NCBI GenBank assembly: GCA_963674535.1
Contig: OY771363.1
Span: 177,335 to 241,334 of the forward strand
DNA: 64,000 nt
Reading direction: 5' to 3'
Source of the DNA: Christensenellaceae bacterium
GTDB taxonomy: Bacteria > Bacillota > Clostridia > Christensenellales > CAG-138
Shown here piece by piece: positions 1 to 9,537 of the stretch. Position numbers and translations under genes: made by a program. Numbering within the stretch: position 1 is the first letter of the stretch; every line of letters begins with the position of its first letter. The notes under the pieces were generated by a model. The model worked only from the letters and a program-made list of their open reading frames with translations. It was not told where the DNA came from and did no database searches.

Positions 1-2
1 GC

Positions 3-1955
3 CTTAACTGCCGCGCGTACACGAAGGAACCTGAGAGCCTCATCAAAATGAAGATGCCGTGCATAATACACTGGAGGCTTAACCATTTTATTGTTTTGGA
101 AGGTTTCCGAAACGGATATGTCTACCTGAAGGATCCGGCCGTTGGGAAGCGCAAGTTGACCATGGAGGAGTTCAGCGACGGATTCACGGGTATCGTGCTG
201 ACTTTCGAATTAACGCCGGCGTTTAAAAAAGAGAAAAAAAAGAATACGATGTGGCGGTTTATCCGCGAGCGACTGAAGGGTCAGTATTCCGTGATTTTCA
301 AGCTGTTTTACATCGGGCTTCTGCTGGTTTTTCCAGGAATCGTACTGCCGATCTTATCGCAGGTTTTCATGGACGATATTCTTGGAAACGGGTATACGGA
401 CTGGCTGACGAAGCTGCTTGTTTTTATGGGGCTTGCCGCCGTAATGAAAGTGAGCCTGACATATTATCGATATTGTCTGTTACAGAAACTGCAGAACAAG
501 ATGTCGATTCTTTCTGGTTACGGCTTTCTGCAGCATTTGTTTCGATTGCCGATTTTCTTCTTTGATCAGCGCTACGCCGGGGATATCAGCAGCCGCGTGG
601 AGGATAACACGGAAGTCAGCAAATTCCTTGCCGGGGATCTAGGCGAGACGGTGCTGCATCTTCTCGTTGCGGTTTTTTATCTGATCTTGCTGCTGCTGTA
701 CAGTCCTCAGCTTACGCTTGTCGGCCTAGGCTGCGTTGGGATCAATATCGGCATCATGCTATACAGCGCGAAACGAATCGGCGACTCGGCGATGAAACTC
801 GAGATGGATTCGGGCAAGCTTTCGGGCGTCGTATACGCAGGTATCGGCATCTCAAGCACGCTTAAAGCAGCGGGCGCAGAACATGCCTATTCCACGCGGA
901 TCATCAGCCATCAAGCGAAGGTATCCAGCCAGGAGCAGGCAATTAACAGAATTCAGCAAGTTCTGGACGCCATCCCGAACGCCGTCAGCCAGATTGCGGA
1001 CGTAATGATCCTGCTTGTCGGCGGCCTTATGGTTATGCGGGGACGGTTCACTATCGGTATGTTAGTGGCGTTTTCGTCTCTGTTCGGGTCTTTTTCGGAT
1101 CCGGTGGAGGATCTCGTCGGGTTTGTTAAAAAGATTAAATTACTGAAAACGAACATGTGCCGTGTCGAAGATATCATGCTCTACCAGCAGGACGAGACGT
1201 ATAATACCGAAAGGCCTCTCGCACCGATTAAAACGAAGCTGGCCGGAGATGTGCGCCTTGATCGGATTTCGTTCGGATACAGTCCGTATAAGGAGCCGCT
1301 GATCGAGGATTTCAGCCTGTCGATCATGAGCGGGCATTCTGTTGCGATCGTCGGACCGTCTGGTTGCGGGAAATCGACCGTATCGAAACTGATCAGCGGG
1401 TTGTATCAACCATGGTCCGGAGAAATATCGTTTGACGGTTTCGAAGCAACCACGGTGCCTGCGGAAGTCCGAAATGTCAGCGTATCGACGGTGAGCCAGA
1501 GCATAGTACTTTTCGCCGGTACAATACGTGAAAATCTTACTTTTTGGAACCCGGCGATCTTGGAATCCGACATGATTGCGGCAGCAAAGGATGCTTGCAT
1601 ACATGATATTATTATTCAGAAAGGCGGATATGATTACCGCTTGACCGAGGCTGCTTCAAACATGTCAGGCGGACAGCAGCAGAGACTGGAAATCGCGCGT
1701 GCACTAGCGACAAATCCTTCCATACTGATATTGGACGAAGCGACAAGCGCTCTGGACCCGATTGTGGAGAAACAGGTGATCGACAATATCAGACGCCGCG
1801 GCTGTACCTGCATCGTTGTTGCGCACAGGCTCAGCGCAATCCGCGATTGCGATGAAATTATTATGATGCAGCGCGGGCGCATCGTTCAGCGCGGGCGTCA
1901 CGACGAAATGGCGCATTCGAATGGCTTCTATAAAACGTTCGTTCAGAATATTTAG
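3..1955 (+). CDS. Bacteriocin/NHLM-type ABC exporter with C39 peptidase domain (peptidase-permease-ATPase); 5' end lies outside the window
   Basis: Frame 3 is open from nt 3. The first residues (IIHWRLNHFIVLEG...YLKDPAVGKRKLTMEEF) look like the C-terminal part of a C39 double-glycine peptidase domain. They are followed by a 6-TM-like region, Walker A GPSGCGKST, signature SGGQQQR and Walker B ILILDEATSALD. Confidence 0.85.
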   Translation, partial: LNCRAYTKEPESLIKMKMPCIIHWRLNHFIVLEGFRNGYVYLKDPAVGKRKLTMEEFSDGFTGIVLTFELTPAFKKEKKKNTMWRFIRERLKGQYSVIFKLFYIGLLLVFPGIVLPILSQVFMDDILGNGYTDWLTKLLVFMGLAAVMKVSLTYYRYCLLQKLQNKMSILSGYGFLQHLFRLPIFFFDQRYAGDISSRVEDNTEVSKFLAGDLGETVLHLLVAVFYLILLLLYSPQLTLVGLGCVGINIGIMLYSAKRIGDSAMKLEMDSGKLSGVVYAGIGISSTLKAAGAEHAYSTRIISHQAKVSSQEQAINRIQQVLDAIPNAVSQIADVMILLVGGLMVMRGRFTIGMLVAFSSLFGSFSDPVEDLVGFVKKIKLLKTNMCRVEDIMLYQQDETYNTERPLAPIKTKLAGDVRLDRISFGYSPYKEPLIEDFSLSIMSGHSVAIVGPSGCGKSTVSKLISGLYQPWSGEISFDGFEATTVPAEVRNVSVSTVSQSIVLFAGTIRENLTFWNPAILESDMIAAAKDACIHDIIIQKGGYDYRLTEAASNMSGGQQQRLEIARALATNPSILILDEATSALDPIVEKQVIDNIRRRGCTCIVVAHRLSAIRDCDEIIMMQRGRIVQRGRHDEMAHSNGFYKTFVQNI

Positions 1956-1967
1956 CGGGAGTAAGTT

Positions 1968-4532
1968 ATGCAGCAAAACGGACAAACACTGACATTACGG
2001 GGAGATACGACGCATATAACAAACGAGGATGCCGCTTATCGCGTAAATAAGGGTACTGTTGACGTATACATTATTCCATGGAACGACCTGCATAATCATA
2101 AATCGATTCGAATTTACAGTGTTAAACTCGGCGAGATGATCCCCTCCCTAAAATATGATGGCGATTTCAATCACAGGTCATGGCGCTTCGAATTCAAAGC
2201 TATTTCCGGCGAAGCGGAGATTTCGGTGATTCCCAATGGCAATACGCGTAAGTTGAAGAACGAATTCCTAAACAGGGCGGAAATACCGATTGACGACGCA
2301 CACAAATATGAGACGAGTCTTGTGGATTACTATATGAGACGGCGGTCCGAGGAACGCACGGCGTCGGAAAGGCAGCGTCAAAGCAGGGAAGAAGCGAAGA
2401 GAGACAACAGGAGGGTGATCCTCGACGGATTCAGCGGATCGCGTGGGCCCCAGTTTTCTGCCGACAGCTCAAACGCGATTTATAACGCGGCGAAGTATAT
2501 CTGCGCGGCCTGCCGAATCCCGATCGCCGGGATGGACACGATTCTTACCGGAGGAAACGATCTCTCACTGGAAGACGTTGCCAAAGCGTCGCGTTTCTCG
2601 TGCCGGGAAGTTACATTACAGAGCAATTGGTACAGAAACGATTGCGGGCCTTTTATCAGCAGCATGGAAGACGGTACTACGATTGCGTGCGTTCCATGCA
2701 GGTATGAGGGTTACCGATATTATAATGCCGTCACCGGCAAGGCCGGGCGCGTGACGCCCGAAATCGCGCAGAGCATATATCCGAAGGCATGGTCGATTAA
2801 TAATTCGTTTCCCGACAAATCGATGAAGGGGAAGGACCTATTTCGCTTTGGCGCCCAGAATGTCCGGCGTTTCGATATATTCATGGCCGCACTTCTTATG
2901 CTGGCGGGAACCTTGATAAGCGCGCTACTTCCCACTTTGAACCAAAAGATATATGACGACTTTATTCCTTTAGGCAGCGGGACACTGCTACTGCAGATGT
3001 GTTTTATGATCGGCTCGTTTATGATAGGGAATGTGTTCTTTTCCATTGTGAAAAACCTGTCGTTCTTCCGTGCGTCTAGCCGACTCGCATACACGATGCA
3101 GAACGCGACATATGACCGGATATTCAATCTGCCCGAGAACTTCTTCAGGCGTTTTGAAAGCGCCGATCTTGCTGTACGCGCCATGAGTATCGGACGGCTT
3201 ACCTCACAATTTACTTCGATTGTCGTTACTACGACGCTCTCAACGTTGTTCTCACTGGTCTATCTTCTGCGAATGTTCAAATACTCAGCGAAACTTACTT
3301 GGATTGCATTTTTTCTTCTGCTCGTATATTCGGCTCTCGTATACTGGATTACTTCCCGTTCGATACACTACGACCGGAAAATTCAAGAGTCCGATAACCA
3401 AGCGAATTCCATTTTCTATCAGCTAATTCGCGGAATCGACAAAATTCGGATGGCCGGTGCTGAAGATCGTTCGCAGAACGTGTATCTCCAGCCGTACATC
3501 AAATCAAGGAAGCTCGAGTTTGCAAAAGGCAAGTGGACCTATGCCGGAAACTCGCTTTCGGGCATTGTTTCGACAATCTTTTCGATGATCTTCTATTTCA
3601 TTATTATACACAAGAAATGGAATATCTCGATTGGTAGTTTTATTGCGTTCAATTCGGCATTCGGGTTGTTTTCATCGTCAGTGCTGGCCTTTGTGCAGAA
3701 CGCTATGGAGCTGAAAAGTCTTCGGCCGATCTATGAACGGTTCGCCCCGATCATTAGGGAAGCACCGGAGCATAACGAAGCAAAAGAAGTGCATCCAGCC
3801 ACGCTGAATGGAGGGATAGAACTTAGTCATGTTATGTTCGCGTACGAAAAAGACGGCGATCCGGTCATAAACGATATATCACTTAAGATCGAACCGGGCC
3901 AGTATGTTGGGATCGTAGGGCCTTCCGGATGCGGAAAGTCGACGCTTCTAAAGCTTCTGCTCGGGTTCGAAACACCTGTAAGCGGGAAAATCGCTTACAG
4001 CGGAATGGATTTAAACGCGATAGACAAACAGTCCATCCGAAAACACTTTGGCGTCGTTCTGCAAAACGGCGACTTGATTGCGGGAAGTATTTATGAGAAC
4101 ATTACGATTACAAACCCGAAAGCATCGATACAGGATGTGAACGAAATTGTGCGCGAGGTCGGGCTGCAGCCGGATATCGACGAAATGCCGATGAGACTGC
4201 AAACCATCCTGAACGAAGATGCCGGAACCATATCGGGCGGACAGAAGCAAAGAATTTTAATCGCGCGGGCACTGATCAGCAACCCTGAGATTCTGTTTTT
4301 TGACGAGGCGACAAGCGCGCTCGACAATATTACGCAGGCAAAGGTATGCGAAAGCATCCGTGCGCGCAAGAACTGCACGCGTATCGTAATCGCGCACAGG
4401 ATCAATACCATAAGATACTGCGACAGAATCATAGTCCTTGAAAACGGGCGTATCATTGAACAGGGTTCCTATGATGCGCTGATTGAGAAGAGAGGGCTAT
4501 TCTATGAATTGGCGGCTCGCCAGACGGTTTGA
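1968..4532 (+). CDS. Second ABC transporter subunit (permease + ATPase) with a ~300-aa N-terminal extension, NHLM bacteriocin-system ABC2-like
   Basis: 854 aa. Walker A GPSGCGKST, signature SGGQKQR, Walker B ILFFDEATSALD. Tandem with the C39 ABC gene, as in the TIGR03796/TIGR03797 pairs recalled from the Nif11/NHLP literature. Confidence 0.8.
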   Translation: MQQNGQTLTLRGDTTHITNEDAAYRVNKGTVDVYIIPWNDLHNHKSIRIYSVKLGEMIPSLKYDGDFNHRSWRFEFKAISGEAEISVIPNGNTRKLKNEFLNRAEIPIDDAHKYETSLVDYYMRRRSEERTASERQRQSREEAKRDNRRVILDGFSGSRGPQFSADSSNAIYNAAKYICAACRIPIAGMDTILTGGNDLSLEDVAKASRFSCREVTLQSNWYRNDCGPFISSMEDGTTIACVPCRYEGYRYYNAVTGKAGRVTPEIAQSIYPKAWSINNSFPDKSMKGKDLFRFGAQNVRRFDIFMAALLMLAGTLISALLPTLNQKIYDDFIPLGSGTLLLQMCFMIGSFMIGNVFFSIVKNLSFFRASSRLAYTMQNATYDRIFNLPENFFRRFESADLAVRAMSIGRLTSQFTSIVVTTTLSTLFSLVYLLRMFKYSAKLTWIAFFLLLVYSALVYWITSRSIHYDRKIQESDNQANSIFYQLIRGIDKIRMAGAEDRSQNVYLQPYIKSRKLEFAKGKWTYAGNSLSGIVSTIFSMIFYFIIIHKKWNISIGSFIAFNSAFGLFSSSVLAFVQNAMELKSLRPIYERFAPIIREAPEHNEAKEVHPATLNGGIELSHVMFAYEKDGDPVINDISLKIEPGQYVGIVGPSGCGKSTLLKLLLGFETPVSGKIAYSGMDLNAIDKQSIRKHFGVVLQNGDLIAGSIYENITITNPKASIQDVNEIVREVGLQPDIDEMPMRLQTILNEDAGTISGGQKQRILIARALISNPEILFFDEATSALDNITQAKVCESIRARKNCTRIVIAHRINTIRYCDRIIVLENGRIIEQGSYDALIEKRGLFYELAARQTV

Positions 4533-4553
4533 CCGACTGACGACCAGGGAGGC

Positions 4554-4925
4554 TTGAAAACGATGCACAGAGCTGTAAACGAGGATACACTCATTTTAAC
4601 CGACGAAGCGGGCGAAGAAATACTCCGCTTGAAAGAAACGCTGTCGGACGATGTATTTGAACTGACCGCCACCGGTAGAATTTTCGGCGAGGCGATGTTG
4701 GAATTGGAAGACGAGCTCATGGCCGCGGTCATTTCCGGCCGCTCAATTCTACTGGATTTTACAAACGTAGTGTCAATCAGCAGCGAAGTTCTGGATGTCA
4801 TACTGGCCGCACAGCAACGGGTTGAAAAAAACGATCGGCTGCGTTTTACACTGAGAGGCCTGCGCAAAAAGATTACAGAGTTATTTCACGATACAGGCTT
4901 TGATCAATTGATCAATATTGAATAA
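4554..4925 (+). CDS. STAS-domain protein (anti-sigma-factor-antagonist-like)
   Basis: 123 aa. The pattern LLDFTNVVSISSEVLDVIL resembles the SpoIIAA/RsbV phospho-serine loop, followed by a C-terminal helix ...LFHDTGFDQLINI. Start is uncertain (TTG 4554 or ATG 4563). Confidence 0.6.
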   Translation: MKTMHRAVNEDTLILTDEAGEEILRLKETLSDDVFELTATGRIFGEAMLELEDELMAAVISGRSILLDFTNVVSISSEVLDVILAAQQRVEKNDRLRFTLRGLRKKITELFHDTGFDQLINIE

Positions 4926-4955
4926 AATGAGCATTCGCTTTGGGGGATCGTATCA

Positions 4956-6170
4956 ATGAGAAAATTCTGCGAGGTAAATCGAAAAGAGTATTTGATTACA
5001 GGGATATTTATGCTAACCGTCGTTTCATGTCTATTTTTTATTGTCGGATGCGCGAAGATGGATCCTGTGATGGAACAGCTTCCTACGGAAAGCCGTCCGC
5101 AAGAGACAGCGTACGGCACCGCGGAAAACGAAGTGCTGGAAGACGTCATTCCTTTACAGACGGATGATAAAGCGCTGGTCGATTCCGGAACGCTCGACAG
5201 TGGCCTTGTCTGGGCGCTGTATGACAACGACGAGTGCGAAATTTCAGGTTCCGGCAGCGTTGAACGTTTTTATGACTCCTATCCGATGCGGAATTATGAA
5301 GATTCGATCAAAACACTCGTGCTTGCCGACGATGTTACGAGCGTCGGGAACAACGCTTTTCAAGGCTGTGCGAAGATCGAGAAGGTTTATATTGGCAGCG
5401 CCATTACCGAAATCGGCGAATGGGCGTTTGCTGGCTGTTCCTGTTTAACGACTATAACGATTCCAGACACCGTCACCAGCGTTGGCAGTTACGCTTTTAA
5501 CGGATGCACAGCCATGAAGAGCATTATCTTCGGCAGCGGACTGACAAGCATCGGGTACGGTACGATTCATGAATGTCCAGCATTGATAAGCGTTACCGTG
5601 CAGTCAAGCGTACCGGATCGTGCTTTTCAGGATTGTACGTCGGTTGTGAGCGTGTCGTTGGGCGATCAGGTTGAGACCATTGGCGATCATGCGTTCAGCG
5701 GTTGTACCGCGTTGGCGAATGTTTCAATGTCTGAGGGGCTTTTGCTGATTGATACCAGCGCGTTTGACGGTTGCATTGCGCTGCGCAGCATCAGCGTTCC
5801 AGACAGCGTTACGATGCTTGGTGACAGTGCGTTTGAAAAATGTACTTTACTCAGCGACGTAAAACTGGGCTGTGGCCTTACGAGCATCGGCCGTTGGGCT
5901 TTTCTGTGGTGCACTTCGCTTAAGACAATCAAAATACCCGACCAAACCAAATCGATCGGCGAAAAGGCTTTTGCGGAATGTTCGGTGCTTGAAAGCATTG
6001 CGCTACCGAAAGGCCTGACAACACTGGCATATGGTATTTTCCTGAACGATTCCGCGTTGCATACGATCCATTATACAGGTACACAGGCTGAATGGGAGAG
6101 AATAAAAAAAGAGAAATGTTGGAAAGACGGAATCGACTCTATAGCAATGCAATATGAGTCAAACGGATAA
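4956..6170 (+). CDS. BspA-type leucine-rich-repeat (LRR_5) lipoprotein
   Basis: Signal peptide with lipobox FFIVGC. Repeated units of the form xxIGxxAFxGCxxLxxIxIPxxVTSIG throughout the protein. Confidence 0.8.
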   Translation: MRKFCEVNRKEYLITGIFMLTVVSCLFFIVGCAKMDPVMEQLPTESRPQETAYGTAENEVLEDVIPLQTDDKALVDSGTLDSGLVWALYDNDECEISGSGSVERFYDSYPMRNYEDSIKTLVLADDVTSVGNNAFQGCAKIEKVYIGSAITEIGEWAFAGCSCLTTITIPDTVTSVGSYAFNGCTAMKSIIFGSGLTSIGYGTIHECPALISVTVQSSVPDRAFQDCTSVVSVSLGDQVETIGDHAFSGCTALANVSMSEGLLLIDTSAFDGCIALRSISVPDSVTMLGDSAFEKCTLLSDVKLGCGLTSIGRWAFLWCTSLKTIKIPDQTKSIGEKAFAECSVLESIALPKGLTTLAYGIFLNDSALHTIHYTGTQAEWERIKKEKCWKDGIDSIAMQYESNG

Positions 6171-6217
6171 CGCGTTCTACGGTTTGTGAAAAATTCGGTG
6201 ACTATGGAGCAAACAAT

Positions 6218-8632
6218 ATGAAACGGAATATGTTGCCATACGAAGGAAACGAATCATACATCTTTGTGAGCTATTGCCATAAAGACAGGGATTTCGTTTT
6301 TCCGATCATAGAAGAACTGCAGAAATGTGGCTGCCGCATCTGGTTCGACCGGGGTATTAATCCCGGAAATGACTGGCCGGATGTGATTGCCGAACATCTT
6401 AAAGAGTGTGAAATATTCATACCGTTTTTATCTGAACAATCCGTCTCGTCGCATAATTGCAGGAGAGAATGGAACTATGCAGTTGCGGAGAATAAGCCTA
6501 CGGTTCCAGTATTCATTGAACAAGTGATGCCTACGCCGGCGATGAAGATGCAACTGGCTTCTTTGCAGGCGCTTATCGCGTATGAGTTTGACTCGAAGGA
6601 CTCGTGCGCAAAAAAGCTATTCAGTCTACCTATGCTGAAAAAATGCCTTGAAGAACCGGCCGTCGTGTCAGCTAGCTGTCGAGTGACATATTTTGCGGAA
6701 GACGGGGAAACAATTATTCAATCCGGCGCATATGAGCAGGGTTCCATCGTCCGAGAGCCGGCTCCTCCAGATAAGGAATCCGATGAAAACAACACATATA
6801 CGTTTGCCGGGTGGAAGCTGCTGGATGGGACGGCCCTGAAAGACGACGGCGTATGCGTGGACAGCGCTTCCTATGCTGCAACATACAACGAAACACCCCG
6901 AAAATCGGGCGATGGTATATGCGTGGACAACGCTTCTTATGCGGCAACATGCAACACAATACCGCAGAAATCGGTGGAGCAGGGTTCTGATGAGATTGAA
7001 TCACGCACGGAGATAACCAATGCTTCGCTGATCCCGGATGACAAAACGAGGCCGATCGTTTCCATCGGGATGAAACCTGTATTAATCGGTCACAATTCCG
7101 CAGTTTGCGATTATGTGCTTGACGCGCCACTGATTAGCCATGAACACGCATTGATCCGTTGTGACGGATTTACCTGCTACCTAAAAGACAACAGCAGCGG
7201 AAACGCTACGTTTGTCAATGGAGAACGTATTGCGCCGGACGTTGAAGAACAGGTTTATCATGACGATATCATCGTTTTTGGCGGCGAGAAATTCCAGCTG
7301 GAGATTCCGAAAAACCCGAAAACGCGAAACGCGAAAGACTACAGGGTTACTTTCTATTCCGACGATGGGTTCACGCTGATCGCCGAAGGAAATTATCATT
7401 TGGGCGACATCGTTAAGCTGCCGACTGCGCCCGCAAAAAGCATGGATGAGGTTTATCGCTATACGTTTTTAGAATGGAAGCTGCTGAGCGGCACCGCGTT
7501 GAGTAAAGGGAATGTCTGCGCCGGCGAAACGAGCTATACGGCGATATATTCAAAAGAAAAGATTGCGTATACGGTCGGGTATTTTAACGAGAACGGGACG
7601 AAGGCGATATCCAGCGCGCAATATCACTACGGGGATAGGATCAATGAACCCGCCGCTCCCGAAAAAAAAGCCGATGCGGAGTACCAATATACATTTGCCG
7701 GATGGACGCTTTTTAATGGGAAAAATCCAGGCTCGGGAAACGTTTGCCTGGGGGGCGCGACATTCCGAGCAACATATAAGAAAGCAACTCGGGAGTACAG
7801 GATTACGTATTATGCAGAAGACGGCGTAACCGTGATTTCCAGCGGCATGTACCGCCGGGGCGATGTGATCAAGCCGCCCACAAATCCGCCCGGGACCATG
7901 CTTTCCGAATTTGATGGATGGAAGCTGGTAGGTGGAACGGCCTTAAAGAACGGGAAAATCTGTGACGGGAACGCCGAATACAAAGCCGAATATAGGGAAA
8001 GCAGAACGGTAACCGCAAGCGGGTTCCTGGTTCGTATGAAAACAAAAGAAGTGATCCCAATCCTAAAAGAACTCCTGCTGGGCAGCAGTCCCCGCACGGG
8101 CGGCTACGCGATATCAAGCGCAAAAGGGATTTGTGCAGAGCATGCGAAAATTGTAGGACGCGGCTTTCAGTACTTTCTTTTCAATCTCAGCGACTCGAAT
8201 GCAACGCACGTAAACCAAACGCGCATTGCGGGTGGCGAGGAGGTTCGGGTTTACCACAACGACACAATCACGCTGGGCGAAGAGGATTTCCGCCTGATTA
8301 CTAACGATAAGATAAAACGCCCGCAGAAAGTAACGGAAAAGAAGATGGCGTACCTTCTGCTGACAGACATCGGCTTGAAAATAAGGATCGATCATACGCC
8401 TTTCGAACTCGGGCGAAGCTATCAGGAGATTTGGACCAGCCTAAAGGTCGGTCGCCAGCACGCGACGATCATTATTAAGGGTGAAGAATATTATCTAGCA
8501 GACTTTCCGCCATATTCGAAAAATGGTATTTTTCTAAAAGGAGACTTGCTAGAAAGATCGGTTGAGTATCTGCTCCATCCGGGAGATCAGATTCGAGTTG
8601 CTGATGTTAGTTGTAAATTTTTAGTCGAGTAG
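6218..8632 (+). CDS. Multidomain TIR - Listeria/Bacteroides (InlB B-type) repeats - three FHA domains; no signal peptide or TM segment
   Basis: The N-terminus YIFVSYCHKDRDFVFPII...RIWFD...SEQSVSSHNCRREWNYA fits TIR_2. There are three FHA-like blocks: GHNSAVCDYVL..ISHEHALI...NGERI; LLGSSPRTGGYAI...AEHAKIV...NQTRI; FELGRSYQ...GRQHATII. Repeats carrying YTFAGWKL / YTFLEWKL / YTFAGWTL / FDGWKL lie between them. Confidence 0.8.
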   Translation: MKRNMLPYEGNESYIFVSYCHKDRDFVFPIIEELQKCGCRIWFDRGINPGNDWPDVIAEHLKECEIFIPFLSEQSVSSHNCRREWNYAVAENKPTVPVFIEQVMPTPAMKMQLASLQALIAYEFDSKDSCAKKLFSLPMLKKCLEEPAVVSASCRVTYFAEDGETIIQSGAYEQGSIVREPAPPDKESDENNTYTFAGWKLLDGTALKDDGVCVDSASYAATYNETPRKSGDGICVDNASYAATCNTIPQKSVEQGSDEIESRTEITNASLIPDDKTRPIVSIGMKPVLIGHNSAVCDYVLDAPLISHEHALIRCDGFTCYLKDNSSGNATFVNGERIAPDVEEQVYHDDIIVFGGEKFQLEIPKNPKTRNAKDYRVTFYSDDGFTLIAEGNYHLGDIVKLPTAPAKSMDEVYRYTFLEWKLLSGTALSKGNVCAGETSYTAIYSKEKIAYTVGYFNENGTKAISSAQYHYGDRINEPAAPEKKADAEYQYTFAGWTLFNGKNPGSGNVCLGGATFRATYKKATREYRITYYAEDGVTVISSGMYRRGDVIKPPTNPPGTMLSEFDGWKLVGGTALKNGKICDGNAEYKAEYRESRTVTASGFLVRMKTKEVIPILKELLLGSSPRTGGYAISSAKGICAEHAKIVGRGFQYFLFNLSDSNATHVNQTRIAGGEEVRVYHNDTITLGEEDFRLITNDKIKRPQKVTEKKMAYLLLTDIGLKIRIDHTPFELGRSYQEIWTSLKVGRQHATIIIKGEEYYLADFPPYSKNGIFLKGDLLERSVEYLLHPGDQIRVADVSCKFLVE

Positions 8633-9190
8633 AAATAAATCACTTAATAATTGTTATAGTTTTGTCTTTAACGTGTATAAGTAAACGTAGACATTAAAGC
8701 GCTCGTGGAAGCAAAGGAAAAGAATATGGCGCCGACAACGGACGAACGACCGCTATACGGACAAAGAAAGATTGTGCCGCGTGATGCGATGAAAAGACAT
8801 CAACAGGAGAGTGGTTATGGGCATGATTACGGAATTAAAGCTACTCGAGCAACCAAAAGACGGAATATTCTGAAGGCAGCTTGACAGGAAGCGAATTTCG
8901 AAGCGCTTTGCAAGCTCCTACAGGGAATCGGCGCCGTTGTTATCGCTAAAGAATCATAAGAGAGCAGGAGCAGGATTTGGTTGGCGAGCTCAGCGAGAAA
9001 GCATTTGACGAAGACACCAGTAGAGGCAACGACTGTATAAGAGGGGGGGATGAAAATGCTTTGAAAACCAATACAATAAAGATCCGGTAGTGGCGAAAAG
9101 ACTAAAGATCCGTCAGACAAATGAATATAACGGCGGGTAAATTAACAAAAAGCACATCCGTATTACAAAAAAGCGTTATGGAGGTATCAA

Positions 9191-9523
9191 GTGGATAAGT
9201 TGGAAAGATTACAAGAACTTTTACAGCAACAAAATGCAAACGACATTTTTGTTGGGACTTTGGAAGAAACTCAAAAGCGACTTAAAGAAAAGGGATTAGA
9301 TTTCTCTGTTGAGGAGCTTCGTGTACTCGCAGAAGGTGTGCTAGATTCACAATTAGCAAGCAAATCTGAATTGAGTGAAAGCGACTTGGAACTCGTTACA
9401 GGTGGCAAAAATCGCTATACTGGCGTAAATAGAGACATGTATGAAATTGGTTATATATTAGGAAAAACCGCGCGAGACGTACTTGGTTGGGCGAAAAAAC
9501 TCGGAGCGATATTTGGTTTTTAA
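9191..9523 (+). CDS. Nif11-like leader peptide precursor 1 (double-glycine cleavage, 38-aa cationic core)
   Basis: GGAGG lies 5 nt upstream of the GTG start. The leader ...KGLDFSVEELRVL...SELSESDLELVTGG matches the Nif11/N11P leader pattern ending in GG. The core KNRYTGVNRDMYEIGYILGKTARDVLGWAKKLGAIFGF has no Cys. Confidence 0.75.
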   Translation: MDKLERLQELLQQQNANDIFVGTLEETQKRLKEKGLDFSVEELRVLAEGVLDSQLASKSELSESDLELVTGGKNRYTGVNRDMYEIGYILGKTARDVLGWAKKLGAIFGF

Positions 9524-9537
9524 CGGAGGAAGGCAGA

